Position numbers and translations under genes: made by a program. A stretch of 46,228 nucleotides of DNA, counting the filler, from Catajapyx aquilonaris (Eukaryota), in NCBI GenBank assembly GCA_000934665.2. It is 2 parts of 2 records of this genome, joined end to end, with 100 filler letters (N's around TTAATTAATTAA, not from the genome) between each part and the next. Parts side by side here need not be neighbours in the genome. Positions count along the whole stretch, not along the records: positions 23,165 to 46,228 come from KZ539411.1; 1 more part is not named here. One strand, written 5' to 3'. This document shows, piece after piece, positions 43,977 through 46,228 of this stretch (its first letter is position 1; every line of letters begins with the position of its first letter). The notes beneath the pieces are model-generated. The model had not been told where the DNA came from. It searched no databases and saw only the letters and a list, made by a program, of their open reading frames with translations.

Positions 43977-46228
43977 AATCAATGGGAACACATTAATATA
44001 ACCAACAATTTATTTATATCATGCCCGTAATAACATATTTCTTTCTCTTTTACAAAGTTGACGACAATTATATCATCCCATGCTTTTTTTAGATGCATGG
44101 GTGGCATTTCTACGTGAAGTTTGCAATCCCAAAGTGATGCTGTGAGTTAAAGGCCTTCATGAGAGACCAGAAATTTCTCCATCAGTATGGGAATTTATTG
44201 CAAGCGCATTTGAAAAAAAATTAGGTAATATACAGCAGCACTCTCTGCAACATATACGGGATGAAACACTGCCTGACTGTAACCCTCCAATAATGAAGAG
44301 CAGGAAAATGTGATGGATTACTCCTGCTATCTATAGTAATGGCTCTTATTTTTTGCACACATGGTAATTTTCATTATGGTATTATATTATCTGTGGGACT
44401 GGAGTGCATATGCACCACTGAAGTGAGTAATCCATTATGATTGCCTTCTCATGCCTCTTGGAGGTATACAGGTAAGCCAGTGTTCCACCCTGCATGACTG
44501 AAAGTTGCAGAACCTTTTAGTACTTTGTTGAGAAAAAATAATGTAAGCACATAAATGAAGGTCAAATGGTAATTCTTAAGTTATTGTCATATATCTTCAA
44601 TTTATTTGTGAATTTTTTCCTTTAATTAATGAATAATCTCAAGCTTTTAACATCACATGTAAAAAAGAAAAGTTATATCATGCTTAAAAATATTATAAGC
44701 ATCTATTGGTAGTATAACGTGCTGATATGCAACCCTGCAGAGAGTGCATCACTTATACAGACCTTAGTTTACAATTTGTTATTTTTGGGTGTTCACAATG
44801 GTATTTCATTGTGAAAATTAATCCTGCTCCAATTTCATGAAAAACTTTTAATTAGGAATTGGAAATGGAGCACATGATCATATATCAGAATGATAATTTT
44901 CCAGCGCATAGGAAAGGTTCGTTAAGGAATCGTGCATTAACATGTTTTTGCTTTGGCCAATGTATACCTTGATGTATATTACACATCACATAAAAAAGGA
45001 TATTTGAAAGTGTATGTTTATTTTCAAGTTATGCATTATATCCTAATCGTAATAACATACACTTGACTCCAAATGTAACAGCCTTGGATGTAACAGACAC
45101 TCGGTTATTGCAGGCTCGGAAGGCTGGTCACGACGTCTTCCGTATATCGTTTGGATATTTGGCTATATCATATTGATTTCTGCAGTCCCTTGAAGTCTCT
45201 GATATCTGGAGTTACAGGAAAATGTATCAACAAAAAAATGCAGTTTATGCAGTACAATTAGTGCACTAGATCATGTATGAATGCACTCTTCCGCAGAATT
45301 CATACCGAGTCAGTCTTCAATATGTACTACTTCAAAAATTCATTGAAGGTCCTCTGTTATGTTAAAAAGTTTCTGATTGGACAAGTTCCTGCTGGATCCA
45401 GGGACCAATATGGGCTTGTGTTACTATGTGAAATACATTATAGAGATAGATAGGACTGACGATTGACTGAATAATTTTAAAAGGGCCACCTTCTTGCACC
45501 TAACAGACAGCATCTTTTTAGGGGCATGGTGGTTGGTTACACTTCCACCACCTTGTGCTTGTAATTTTACATACGTGTATATCTCAGCAAGATCATAAAA
45601 TTTAACAATGATATTTGACTCTTCTAAAAGCTAGTCACTAGAAGTGGACTTGTTGCCAAATTTTGGCAACGCTGCTTGGCCCACCCCCCAACTTGGAAGT
45701 TGCATGATAGGCCCCTACCAGTTGACACACTACTGCCTTGCTTACAGGGAAAGTAGTACTGCATACACATTGGTGATGAGTCATCACACTGTTAAAGCCC
45801 ACGAGGGTTCTATACGATATACCCAGCGCGTGTCTCGCCTCCATTGGTCCCACCACCAAATGTTCTCTCATTGTTGGACGGCAAAAGTGAAAATCTATGG
45901 TTTCTACTACCTAGGAAATGAGTGTTGAAGGACATATAACTAGCAGAATGACAGAATTAGGTCTTTAGTGGTATGATTGGAATTTATGCTCAAAATAAGG
46001 TGCAGTACATGTGGTTTTCTCACGGTTTTCTAGTCCCCACTTCAATTTGTTACAATTTATCGGCCCTCTGAAATGCAGAATTTCTTGGCTGCAGTACTGC
46101 ACCGAGCCTTGAAGGGGGACGAGCTTACCTAGGATACAGTACCTAAAATTGCATAGTATGCCAACCGCAGCTTTCCTTGAGCCCCAAAAAAGTGGAAAAT
46201 CCGCCAGGCGGCACTGCGATCGACAGGA

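Noticed and set aside
45090..45930. Exons of a downstream minus-strand gene
   Set aside because: Some splice-like signals, but no consistent open frame or recognisable protein.
46201..46216. CTCF-like motif CCGCCAGGCGGCACTG
   Set aside because: Single short match at the window edge, in what looks like transposon sequence; no support.

Overview
Eukaryotic genomic DNA, most likely from an arthropod (spliceosomal introns, divergent ionotropic receptors, TTAGG-type repeats, tRNA-derived SINEs). The two halves are joined at 23065-23164 by an artificial N44-TTAATTAATTAA-N44 linker, so their adjacency is not established. Left half (1-23064): a small single-pass membrane ORF, a dense field of MITEs and SINEs, and a minus-strand tandem array of divergent chemosensory ionotropic receptor (IR, variant iGluR) genes. 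The array has one pseudogene and one intact 2-exon gene (clade 1), plus three 3-exon paralogs A, B and C (clade 2; C is cut by the gap). Right half: CCDC103/DNAAF19 (minus) head-to-head with CASC3/Barentsz (plus), with MITE-rich introns. Most notable: intron 2 of all clade-2 IRs holds a cassette bounded by an inverted repeat whose stem is retained in every paralog and whose interior is flipped between B and C. The two IR clades share no intron position, the paralogs are gene-conversion mosaics, IR-C reads through into an antisense LINE, and CASC3 has a long acidic repeat tail. All calls are by eye; no searches were run.
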